Positions 33,341 to 42,514 of a stretch of 42,514 nucleotides of DNA are shown piece by piece. The translations under genes were made by a program, and so were the position numbers. The stretch spans positions 1-42,514 of the forward strand of contig CBFIBM010000014.1 of assembly GCA_965660855.1 (NCBI GenBank). Direction: 5' to 3'. The DNA is from an uncultured bacterium. Lineage in GTDB: Bacteria; Fidelibacterota; Marinisomatia; Marinisomatales; UBA1611. Position 1 is the first letter of the stretch. Each line of letters begins with the position of its first letter. The notes beneath the pieces were generated by a model. The model saw nothing but the letters and a program-made list of their open reading frames with translations, had not been told where the DNA came from and ran no database searches.

Positions 33341-35509
33341 CTATTTAACTAAGGTTACTTTAATTACCTGATCTCTATTTTTTCCTGATAAGAAAATAAA
33401 ATATATTCCACTGTGATAATTTTTACCATTCCATTGATAATAATTATATTTTTTTGCAAAATATATATCTTTTCCTAATGTTTCAATTAGTTTTCCGTTT
33501 ATATCATATATTTCTAAATCATAGAAATCTGGAGTATTAATTTTTATGTTAATGTTTAATTCTGGATTAAAAGGATTTGGATAAGCGTTTATTAAAAGAT
33601 AATCATTAAAAATTATTTTAGGATCTGTTTTTAATAAAACTTGGGAGTCCATCCAATTAAGCCTTTCACCAATCCAAGTTTTAAGATATTCAATTTCTTG
33701 ATCAAATGTATCGAAGATAAAATAATTTGGCCATACGTAAGTACCAAGTATTGGCCATCGATAAAAATTACGATCGGCCGCTGTTCTTAGTTCAAATTTT
33801 AAACTATCAATAATTGAATAAATATTATTTACAGATAAAGTATTATCTCTAAGTTCTGTGTAGCGAACTGAAATTTGATCTTTAAAATTTTGATCAGACC
33901 ATAACTTTTCCCACCAAAAAGACATTTGGTCACCCCCTTCAGGATTATAGTCTAGTAAGAAACCATTTGATAACCATGTTTCACCATAATCACAATTTCC
34001 AAAACCATGGTTAATATCCCACAATGGTCCGGCTGTTAATCTGTTATCTATACTTTCTTTATCTTTATATATATAGGTACTTAACCTGTAAGCATCAACA
34101 TTTTTAGATAATTCTTGCAAAAGGATGTGATCAATAAATGATTCAACATTTATAAAGTTAGAATATCCATTAACTGAGTCTGAAAAAAATTGACTATCCA
34201 TTATTGTTTCGAAATCATTGATATATTGAATTATATAATTTTTCTGCTCTGATACTATATCGCTAGGTTTAGGATAGTGATAATTGTATAGGTTGCCATC
34301 TTTTTCACTATAGAAACCACCATTATTATCACCTGTCTCAGCCCAGTCAAATTTTAAAATATATCCTCCAGTAAGATCATCACCGGATATTTCATCTGGT
34401 TCTAACTTTGAGATATCAACCCTATCTCCATCTCTTTTAATTTTTTCCATAAGAACATATACACCTAAATATTCTTCATTTATATATAGTTCACAAAATT
34501 TTGTCCTTGATGTATATCTTCCCATTTCATTAGATAACTTATATGCTAATACATTCCTCATAAGGCTTTTATCTTGATAGGGAGCATATAAAACCCAGTC
34601 ATTTTCACTAGGCATACCTAATAATGATACGTTATTATTTTCACCATTTTCATCCACTGTTTCAAATCTATAGGGTTTTTTAGGATTATATTGAGAAGAA
34701 TTTCCTCTTAATTCAATTGTTATTTCTCCAGAGTAGTCATTGAAGGGATCATTTATGTGGTTTAAATTATTTTCATTATTTATAATTCCCATGTAAGCCG
34801 GTATTCTAGGATCATCTATAATAGTCTCGCCATAGGTATCAATTTTTATAATAGGAAGGTTTGATTGATTAAAATCTACTGGATCAATAAACCAATCAGG
34901 TGTTTCGTTAAAAATAGAAGTATCATTATCAATTTTAAAACTTAAAAAAAAGTTACTAGAAAAGTCAGAGGATGATTCTTGGATATTATTAATCTGTATA
35001 GATAATATATTTTCGCCTGAATAAATTAGCTCTGAAAGTGACATTGAATCTAATAAACAACTTTCAGGGGTTATTCCTTGATAAAGTTGAGCTTCATGAT
35101 CTATACTATTAGTACCTTCATTATATGCTATGAATTCTCCCGGACTTCCCATATTGTACGATCTTGAAATTTCAATTCCATTAATGTATGCTATATAACC
35201 ATCATCGTAATCTGTATGTAGAATTGCAGCCTTAAGATCACTAGGAGTATTTATTATAAATTTTTTCCTCAAGAATATAGACAAAAGAGGTGAAGGAATA
35301 ATTGTTAAATCATCACCATCTCCATATCCAAATCCTCCATTACCAGAATTCCAACTACTATCATTGTATGTTATTGTAGCCCAGTCGTCGCTAGGTTGTG
35401 TAAAAGGAACTAAATATTTCCATTCGTCACTAGAACGTATAGCTGTCTCCCAATGTGTTTGAGCGCCTAAAGAATAAATTAACACTATAAATGATGGAAA
35501 AAATTTCAC
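33341..35509 (-). CDS. CotH kinase family protein with T9SS-like C-terminal domain
   Basis: RGNSS..PKKPY, ENDWVL, DKSLMRN, YLGVYVLMEKI, NVDAY, GPLWD; YPNPFNP...SGIYF. Confidence 0.9.
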   Translation of the reverse strand: MKFFPSFIVLIYSLGAQTHWETAIRSSDEWKYLVPFTQPSDDWATITYNDSSWNSGNGGFGYGDGDDLTIIPSPLLSIFLRKKFIINTPSDLKAAILHTDYDDGYIAYINGIEISRSYNMGSPGEFIAYNEGTNSIDHEAQLYQGITPESCLLDSMSLSELIYSGENILSIQINNIQESSSDFSSNFFLSFKIDNDTSIFNETPDWFIDPVDFNQSNLPIIKIDTYGETIIDDPRIPAYMGIINNENNLNHINDPFNDYSGEITIELRGNSSQYNPKKPYRFETVDENGENNNVSLLGMPSENDWVLYAPYQDKSLMRNVLAYKLSNEMGRYTSRTKFCELYINEEYLGVYVLMEKIKRDGDRVDISKLEPDEISGDDLTGGYILKFDWAETGDNNGGFYSEKDGNLYNYHYPKPSDIVSEQKNYIIQYINDFETIMDSQFFSDSVNGYSNFINVESFIDHILLQELSKNVDAYRLSTYIYKDKESIDNRLTAGPLWDINHGFGNCDYGETWLSNGFLLDYNPEGGDQMSFWWEKLWSDQNFKDQISVRYTELRDNTLSVNNIYSIIDSLKFELRTAADRNFYRWPILGTYVWPNYFIFDTFDQEIEYLKTWIGERLNWMDSQVLLKTDPKIIFNDYLLINAYPNPFNPELNINIKINTPDFYDLEIYDINGKLIETLGKDIYFAKKYNYYQWNGKNYHSGIYFIFLSGKNRDQVIKVTLVK

Positions 35510-35513
35510 TTAT

Positions 35514-37751
35514 TTAGAGGGTGATTTTCTTACTAATACTAGTATTTGAACTCCCACCTACCATAATTTCAAATTCACCGTTTTCAAAGATTAATTCTCC
35601 ATTATTATTTAAAAATCCTAAATCATTTGCATTTAAAATAAAGGAAATATTTTTTTCTTCGTTTTCTTTAAATGCGAGTTTTTTAAATGATTTTAATTCC
35701 TTAACAGGTCTAGTATAAGATGAAAAAAGATCCCTTAAATAAACTTGAACCACTTCTTTACCAGGCAATCTTCCAATATTTTTTACTTTAAAATTAACTT
35801 GCAAAGATCTATCTCCGATCTTTTCAACATTTAGGTTAGAATATTTAAATTCAGTGTAACTTAATCCATATCCAAATGGGTAAAGAGGATCATTTTTTTC
35901 ATCATTATAATGAGACCAGAATACATGCCCTCCTGGCCCTGGTCTACCTGTATTTTTATAGTTATAATAAATTGGAACTTGCCCTAATGATCTAGGAAAA
36001 GAAACTGGAAGTTTACCAGAGGGATTATGATCTCCATAAATTACTGAGGAAATTGCCTCTCCGCTCATTGTTCCAAGATGCCACGTTTCAATAACCGCAG
36101 GAATATTTTCATCAACCCATGATAAATCCAGAGGCCTTCCATTCATAAGAACCAGAATTATCTTTTTATTAACTTTATAAATCTTTTTAAGAAAATCTTC
36201 TTGTAAACCAGGTAAATTAATTTTGGTTCGGCTTCTACCTTCTCCTGATTGCAGACCATGCTCACCAAGAACGGCGATTACTATATCAGATTTTGATGCT
36301 AACTTTACTGCCTTGTATGTACCTGAAGTATCTTTATTGTTTATATCAACATGTTCATGAAAAAAAGTTTCTTTATTAATTAGCTTCGGACCACTTTCGA
36401 ATTTTAATATATTTGTATTTCCTCTACTTAAACCCTCTAATACTGAAATAGCAGAATTTTTAGGACCATTTGCTTTCCAGTTTCCTAATGGACTATCTTT
36501 ATCATTAGCAAGTGACCCGACAAGCGCAATTTTAATACCAGATTTTTTTAATGGAAGTAGTTTTTCGTCATTTTTTAATAGTACAATTGACTCTTTTGCA
36601 ATTTCCAAGGAAGTAGCTCTATTTTTAGCATTTTGTATATTTTCATTTTCTCGATCAATATTACAATACATGAATGGATCTGAAAATAAACCTAAATCAT
36701 ATTTTAAAGAAAGAATTCTTCGAACTGCATCGTCTAATATTGCTACACTTACTTGTTTTTCCTCAATCAAAGATTCAAGATGATGTATATATGCTGAAGA
36801 CATCATATCCATATCAGACCCTGCAAGGATTGCGATTTTTGCTGCACTTTTTAAATCTTTTGAGTATCCATGAGGAATCATTTCTCCGATAGATCCCCAA
36901 TCAGAAACCATAAGACCTTTATAATTCCAATCTCCTTTTAATATATCTCTTTGTAAAAAAGCGCTTCCTGTAGCTGGAATCCCATTTAATTCATTAAATG
37001 AGTTCATGAAAGTTGCAACTTTTGCTTCTGCTGAAGCCTTAAACGGGGGAAGTACTATGTTATGTAAGGTTTGATATCCCATATCTACAGTATTATAATC
37101 TCTCCCACCTTCCGCAAAACCATATGCGGCAAAATGTTTTGCACATGCAGCAATTGTAAGAGGATCATTTAAATTATCTCCTTGAAACCCTTTTATTCTT
37201 GCTACAGCTATTTTTGAACCTAAATAAGGATCTTCTCCAGCACCTTCCATCACTCTACCCCATCTTGCATCTCTAGAAATATCTACCATAGGTGCAAAAG
37301 TCCAATTAATACCTGCTGATGCTGCTTCTTTTGCAGCCATAGTTGCAGATTTTTTTATGAGATCTAAATTCCATGAAGCACTTTCAGCTAGTGGTATAGG
37401 ACTTATTGTTTTAAAACCATGGATTACATCTAAGGCAAATATTAAAGGAATTTTTAATCTAGAGTTTTCTACTGCTAACTTCTGCATTGCTCTGACCTCT
37501 TGCACTCCAGATACGTTTAACACAGAACCAACTAAACCTTGTTTAATTTGGGCATATTTTAGTGAATCTTCACCTTTATTTGGTGCTGGACCAGTTACAT
37601 CAAAAAAACTTGAATATTGATTTAATTGACCAATTTTTTCTAAAACAGTCATTTGAGCTAATAAATCATCTATAAAAATATCTTTGGTATTTTTTATATT
37701 ATCGCTACATCCAACTAAAATTAGCATTAGTATGATAAATTTTGTTTTCAT
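35514..37751 (-). CDS. bglX: GH3 beta-glucosidase (BglX-like), lipoprotein
   Basis: LVG-C lipobox, DVIHG, RDARWGR, CAKHF, VSDW, PSGKLP, PFGYGLSYT. Confidence 0.92.
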   Translation of the reverse strand: MKTKFIILMLILVGCSDNIKNTKDIFIDDLLAQMTVLEKIGQLNQYSSFFDVTGPAPNKGEDSLKYAQIKQGLVGSVLNVSGVQEVRAMQKLAVENSRLKIPLIFALDVIHGFKTISPIPLAESASWNLDLIKKSATMAAKEAASAGINWTFAPMVDISRDARWGRVMEGAGEDPYLGSKIAVARIKGFQGDNLNDPLTIAACAKHFAAYGFAEGGRDYNTVDMGYQTLHNIVLPPFKASAEAKVATFMNSFNELNGIPATGSAFLQRDILKGDWNYKGLMVSDWGSIGEMIPHGYSKDLKSAAKIAILAGSDMDMMSSAYIHHLESLIEEKQVSVAILDDAVRRILSLKYDLGLFSDPFMYCNIDRENENIQNAKNRATSLEIAKESIVLLKNDEKLLPLKKSGIKIALVGSLANDKDSPLGNWKANGPKNSAISVLEGLSRGNTNILKFESGPKLINKETFFHEHVDINNKDTSGTYKAVKLASKSDIVIAVLGEHGLQSGEGRSRTKINLPGLQEDFLKKIYKVNKKIILVLMNGRPLDLSWVDENIPAVIETWHLGTMSGEAISSVIYGDHNPSGKLPVSFPRSLGQVPIYYNYKNTGRPGPGGHVFWSHYNDEKNDPLYPFGYGLSYTEFKYSNLNVEKIGDRSLQVNFKVKNIGRLPGKEVVQVYLRDLFSSYTRPVKELKSFKKLAFKENEEKNISFILNANDLGFLNNNGELIFENGEFEIMVGGSSNTSISKKITL

Positions 37752-37761
37752 TATGAGGTTC

Positions 37762-39342
37762 CTAATTATTTATAAAAAATGTACTTGTGTTTCCTATGCC
37801 TTTTATATCTATAGGCTTTCTAGTTATATAGGTAAAATTTTCACCTAATATATTTTTAGTTTCTTTAGAAATATGTATTTTTCCAATTTTAGAGGTGGTT
37901 TCTAATCTGTTGGCCATATTAACAGCAGCCCCCCATAGATCATAGGCGAATTTATTCTTTCCAATAACCCCAGCAACCACATTTCCAGTATGAATTCCTA
38001 TTCTAATTTCTAAATTCATTTCAGGTGTAATCTTATTAATGTCTTTAATTATTTCTATCATTTCCAAAGAGAACTGGATGACTTTAACCGCAGCCTTTTC
38101 AGGAGCCTCTTTTAACCCACCAATAGCAAAATAGCTATCACCAATTGTTTTAATTTTTTCAATTTCATATAAGTCGGCTGATGTGTCAAATTTTCTAAAA
38201 ATTAGATTTAAAATTTCAACCAACTTTTGTGCACTTAAATCTTTAGCTTGTGGAGTAAAACTAACCAGGTCAGCGAAAAGAATGGTTACATTTTCATGCT
38301 TATCCGCTATGGTTGAGTCTCCTTGTTTCAATCTATCTGCTATTTCATTAGGAAGTATATTTAATAATAAATTATCTGATTTTTCTCTCTCAACTTGAAG
38401 TTCGATTAATAATTTTTTTTCCTTTTCTCTTAATTGCCTCTTTTCTATGGAAGTATTTATACGTGCTTCAAGAATAGTGTTATCAAAAGGTTTTTTTATG
38501 TAATCATCAGCTCCAAATTCTATGCATCTAAAAATACTATCTGTATCATCCATTGAAGAGATCATTATAACTGGAAGATCAAATAGACGTTTATCATTTC
38601 TTATAAATTTTAGAACTTCAAATCCGTTCATTTCTGGCATAATTATATCTAATAAAATAACATCGATTTTATTTTCATTTTTTAATAATTCGACTAAAGC
38701 CTCTTTACCATTATTAGCTGTAATAACAATATGACCTTTTTTTTCCATGCGCTTTTTAAGTAAAGACGTATTATTGAGATTATCATCAACTGCTAAAATA
38801 GTCCCTAGTATTTTACTTTTTTTATCACTTTCATCTAATGGCTGTATACTTTTTAACACATCTTCTAATAAATTGAAATTTTCATTAACAAATGATTTTT
38901 TATTTAATGATTTTAAAGAATCAGGCTGAAATGAAATGATTGAAGATAGTTCTTTTTCTAAAAGCCGTCCCGAATCAATAATTTTTTGGATATCTGATTC
39001 AAAAGTATCAATTCTAATTTCAGGATTATCTTCAATTATTAATTCTGAGTATCCAATTATTGTATTAAGGGGAGTTCGAATATCTAATTCTGTTTGGATG
39101 CCTATTTCAGATATTTTTTTTGTAGATAAGTCAAGTGATTGATCGCTAAAATTATTTTCTATTGCTGATAATATTTCTTTACCTGCTTTAAATAGCTTTT
39201 CTAGGTCTTCTATTACATCTAACAGTCCTTCATCTTCACAATCTTCCATTAACATTTCACTATAACCTAGTATTGCGTTAACTGGATTTTTTAGATTATG
39301 CCTGGCCTTGCCAAGAAAGACTTTTTTTTTCCTAGGGTCCAT
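37762..39342 (-). CDS. Class III adenylate cyclase with two DHp(HisKA)-like domains and a receiver domain
   Basis: HNLKNPVNAILGYSE and LDIRTPLNTIIGYSE; REC VDD..LLDIIMP; ILFAD, KIKTIGD, YDLWG..VN.A.RLE. Confidence 0.9.
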   Translation of the reverse strand: MDPRKKKVFLGKARHNLKNPVNAILGYSEMLMEDCEDEGLLDVIEDLEKLFKAGKEILSAIENNFSDQSLDLSTKKISEIGIQTELDIRTPLNTIIGYSELIIEDNPEIRIDTFESDIQKIIDSGRLLEKELSSIISFQPDSLKSLNKKSFVNENFNLLEDVLKSIQPLDESDKKSKILGTILAVDDNLNNTSLLKKRMEKKGHIVITANNGKEALVELLKNENKIDVILLDIIMPEMNGFEVLKFIRNDKRLFDLPVIMISSMDDTDSIFRCIEFGADDYIKKPFDNTILEARINTSIEKRQLREKEKKLLIELQVEREKSDNLLLNILPNEIADRLKQGDSTIADKHENVTILFADLVSFTPQAKDLSAQKLVEILNLIFRKFDTSADLYEIEKIKTIGDSYFAIGGLKEAPEKAAVKVIQFSLEMIEIIKDINKITPEMNLEIRIGIHTGNVVAGVIGKNKFAYDLWGAAVNMANRLETTSKIGKIHISKETKNILGENFTYITRKPIDIKGIGNTSTFFINN

Positions 39343-39368
39343 TTTTATGATCTATTAATAATTTTCGA

Positions 39369-39731
39369 CTATTTAATAAAATCCTTTATTTTTCCAAGAA
39401 GTCTCTTAAACTCTATTGGCTTAGTGTCATACTCATCAGCACCAGCTTCAAGAGCTTTTTCTCTATCACCAGCCATCGCATGCGCAGTTAATACAATAAT
39501 AGGTATATTTTTAGTCTCCGGGTTTCTTTTTATTGTAGATGTCGCTTCCCAACCATCCATTACTGGTAAACTCAAATCCATTAAAATTAAATCGGGATTT
39601 TCACTTTTTGACATATCCACACCTTTTTTTCCATCCTCTGCCATAATAATACTGAAACCTTTTCGTTCCAATCTTCTTGATAACATATCTCGATTCATTT
39701 CATTATCTTCAACTATTAAAATTTTTGTCAT
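39369..39731 (-). CDS. Single-domain response regulator (DivK-like)
   Basis: VEDN, ILMDLSLP, LTAHAM.GD, TKP. Confidence 0.93.
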   Translation of the reverse strand: MTKILIVEDNEMNRDMLSRRLERKGFSIIMAEDGKKGVDMSKSENPDLILMDLSLPVMDGWEATSTIKRNPETKNIPIIVLTAHAMAGDREKALEAGADEYDTKPIEFKRLLGKIKDFIK

Positions 39732-39733
39732 AT

Positions 39734-42514
39734 TTAACCTTGAGTTTGTAGTTTTTTTATTCTTTCTCCAACTTCATTTAAAAGCTCTTTTTTAGTATAG
39801 GAACCTTTTTGCATTATAGCTTCGACATTTCCTTTTAATCGATTATGGTCTTCTTTTGTTAAGTCTTTTGCAGTAATTACTACAACTGGAATATCTAACC
39901 AATTTTTATTCTCACGTAATTTTTCAGAAAATTCAAATCCATCCATTTCTGGCATCATTAAATCAAGAATAATAAGACCCGGTTTTGCTTTTTCTATTTT
40001 GCTTAATGCTTCTTTACCGTTAACGGCTGATCTAACTTTAAAATTATTAGACTCCAAACTTTTTCTAAGCATATCTCTAGTTACTTCATCATCTTCAACA
40101 ATCATTATGGACTCTGAATTAATTTTAATCTGATGTTTTTTTAGAATTTCGGATAATTGATTCCAATTAACGGGTTTAGTTAAGTAATCGGTTGCACCCA
40201 GAGAAAACCCTATATCCGGTTCATCAGCCATGGTTAACATTATAACAGGAATATGTTTAATTTCTTCATTTGATTGAAGTGCCGCAAGGACTTCCCAACC
40301 ATCCATCTCTGGCATCATTACATCCAAAGTAATTGCATCAGGTAAATGTTCAGCTGCTAATTTTAAACCCTCTTCACCAGATCTTGCCTGAATAATTGAA
40401 ATATTTTTCTTCTCAAGAAACTTTTTCATCATATCTTGAGCATTATCATCATCATCTATGACTAAAATAGTATATGGATTTTCAGGATCAGAAGTAGTAA
40501 TTAAATCCATAGGATCATCTTTTTTGTCTTTGACAATTCTAGGTAGAGTAACCGTAAAAGTAGTTCCCTTCCCTTCAATGGATGTTAGATTAATATCTCC
40601 ACCCATCATTTCAGCAAACATTTTTGTAATAGTGAGCCCTAAACCTGTTCCACCAAATTTCCTTGTTGTTTTTTCATCTGCTTGAGTAAATGGCTTAAAC
40701 ACTTTTTCTACTTGTTCTTTTGACATCCCAATTCCTGAATCAGATACAATAAAATCATAGGCATTTTTCATCGAATTTGATTTGACAATTGAAAAAGTGA
40801 TTTCTCCATCTTTTGTAAATTTAGATGAGTTACTTAATAAGTTTAACATAATCTGTCTAATTTTAGTAATATCAGCTTTTATTGTTTTGATTTTTGGATC
40901 AATATTTAAAGATAATTTGTTGTTATTTTTCTCAACTAATGGTTTTATAGTGGCCTCAATTTCTGTAAGAATTTTACTAAGTTCAAATTCTTCTAAGTAT
41001 AATTCCATTTTTCCAGATTCAACTTTTGATAGATCTAAAATGTCATTTATTAAACCCAATAAATGTTTTCCTGAACTATTGATTTTATCAAGATCTGGGA
41101 TAAAATCTTCGTTCTCATCCTCAGCATCTTCAATTAACATTTCACTGTATCCAATAATTGCATTTAAAGGTGTTCTTAATTCATGGCTCATATTTGCTAA
41201 AAAAGTACTTTTTGCAGCATTTGCTGCTTCTGCTGCTTCTTGAGATTCTATTAACTCGGCATTATTTAATTCTAGCTTTTTACGAACTTCCTGATCTTTA
41301 ATCCTCGCTTCTTCCTTTAATTTTTGTGAATATTTTCTTTGATTATTAAAACGTTTTCTAGAATATCCAGAAAATGCTAATATAGAAATAATAATTCCCC
41401 AAAATGGAATTGCTGTTGCAGCCTCTAAGTACCATGGTTTTTTTATTAAATATTCAACACTAGCAATTGGAGAATAGTTCATATCTCTATCGATAGATTG
41501 AACTTCGAAATTGAAAATCCCAGATTGAGTGGGTACAAGGTCAATAACACTATTATTGATCGGGTTGCTCCAGTTTTTGTCTAATTCTTTTATTCTAAAT
41601 CTAAATTTTTGCTTTTCTTTTTGAGTATTATAGTTCGCAGCATTGACATAGAAACTGATTCGATTTCCTGTTATAGATTTAGGTAATATTGAATTGTTAA
41701 CTTTATATTCGTTTTGGGAAGTAATAACTTTTTTAATATTTACAAATCCAGAGGTTTTTGAGGGTCTGTATTTACTTACTCCCTTCCAACCTGCTAACCA
41801 ATAAGTTTCCCCGTAACTAGAGATAGAGGATATATCATTCATAATTAAACCATCACGTGTATCTATAGTGCCCCAATTTTGTCCATCGAAAGAACCAACC
41901 CCTCCACCATAAGTTCCAACCCAGACTTTGTCCATATCATCAATATATAAACAAAAAATCTCAGGGTTTGGAAGACCATCTTCTTTTGAATAATTTATAA
42001 AACGTTCCCCATTATATTTAAATACACCGGAGCCATCGGATCCAACCCATACATTCCCTTGGGAATCCATTCCTAATGCCGTCACCCTTGTATCAGATAA
42101 TCCGTCCTCTTCTGATAAATTGTTGAATGATTTACCATCAAAAATTGAAATTCCCGAGCCATATGAACCGACACAGATTAAGTCACCATTTCCAGCAACT
42201 TTTAAACCGCGAGCACCTGAAAATGAGAATAACTCGTCCTTTTCATCAAACAATTCAAACGTTTCACCGTTATATTTAACCAAACCGACAGGTGTTCCAA
42301 GCCAAATATTTCCTATATTATCTGCATAAACTGACGAGATGTTATCCCTAGGTAAACCATCTTTAGTAGTAAAATTTGTAATGTTTCTACCATCATACCT
42401 AGAAAGACCATTTGCTGTGGCAAGCCATATATTATTGTAGATATCAAGCTCAACATCGTTAATCTGATTTGATCTTAAACCATCTTTTATCGTTAAGGTC
42501 TTCAATACCTTATC
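39734..42514 (-). CDS. Hybrid sensor histidine kinase (beta-propeller repeats, Y_Y_Y, TM, HisKA, HATPase, two REC), 5'-truncated by the window
   Basis: DGL...D..G.IW.GT repeats, MSHELRTPLN, NLLSN, DSGIGM, GGTGLGL, two receivers; frame is open to the window end. Confidence 0.93.
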   Translation of the reverse strand, partial: DKVLKTLTIKDGLRSNQINDVELDIYNNIWLATANGLSRYDGRNITNFTTKDGLPRDNISSVYADNIGNIWLGTPVGLVKYNGETFELFDEKDELFSFSGARGLKVAGNGDLICVGSYGSGISIFDGKSFNNLSEEDGLSDTRVTALGMDSQGNVWVGSDGSGVFKYNGERFINYSKEDGLPNPEIFCLYIDDMDKVWVGTYGGGVGSFDGQNWGTIDTRDGLIMNDISSISSYGETYWLAGWKGVSKYRPSKTSGFVNIKKVITSQNEYKVNNSILPKSITGNRISFYVNAANYNTQKEKQKFRFRIKELDKNWSNPINNSVIDLVPTQSGIFNFEVQSIDRDMNYSPIASVEYLIKKPWYLEAATAIPFWGIIISILAFSGYSRKRFNNQRKYSQKLKEEARIKDQEVRKKLELNNAELIESQEAAEAANAAKSTFLANMSHELRTPLNAIIGYSEMLIEDAEDENEDFIPDLDKINSSGKHLLGLINDILDLSKVESGKMELYLEEFELSKILTEIEATIKPLVEKNNNKLSLNIDPKIKTIKADITKIRQIMLNLLSNSSKFTKDGEITFSIVKSNSMKNAYDFIVSDSGIGMSKEQVEKVFKPFTQADEKTTRKFGGTGLGLTITKMFAEMMGGDINLTSIEGKGTTFTVTLPRIVKDKKDDPMDLITTSDPENPYTILVIDDDDNAQDMMKKFLEKKNISIIQARSGEEGLKLAAEHLPDAITLDVMMPEMDGWEVLAALQSNEEIKHIPVIMLTMADEPDIGFSLGATDYLTKPVNWNQLSEILKKHQIKINSESIMIVEDDEVTRDMLRKSLESNNFKVRSAVNGKEALSKIEKAKPGLIILDLMMPEMDGFEFSEKLRENKNWLDIPVVVITAKDLTKEDHNRLKGNVEAIMQKGSYTKKELLNEVGERIKKLQTQG

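Noticed and set aside
35521..42329. Plus-strand ORFs over the GH3, cyclase, regulator and kinase genes
   Set aside because: Antisense shadows of clear minus-strand genes

Overview
AT-rich bacterial chromosome segment. The mix of YPNPFNP-type C-terminal secretion tails, dockerin-tailed enzymes and the housekeeping genes suggests a marine FCB-related lineage such as Marinimicrobia (inference, not tested). Layout: (1) tRNA-Arg(CCT), then a variable-looking patch where a 45-bp bipartite direct repeat flanks a methyltransferase; (2) HD hydrolase, two dockerin-tailed enzymes, a Popeye-like cNMP protein, an orphan type IV pilin with a sigma-54-like promoter, and DoxX; (3) two large secreted proteins sharing a ~470-aa C-terminal module, followed by a tiny sorting-signal protein, an exosortase and a membrane partner; (4) a His/Cys-rich leader ORF ending in RPPP, a His-rich lipoprotein and a TonB-dependent receptor (metal uptake); (5) rimP-nusA-infB-rbfA-truB-ribF-rpsO-pnp, an aminotransferase, MerR-tRNA-Pro(GGG), rnhB fused to a YraN-like domain, and lepB; (6) a dif-like site at 33301-33328, where gene orientation flips; (7) on the minus strand, CotH kinase, GH3 glucosidase and a hybrid kinase / receiver / DHp-DHp-REC-adenylate cyclase cluster cut off at the window edge. 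No CRISPR array, rRNA, transposase or integrase was seen. All calls are by eye, with no database search.
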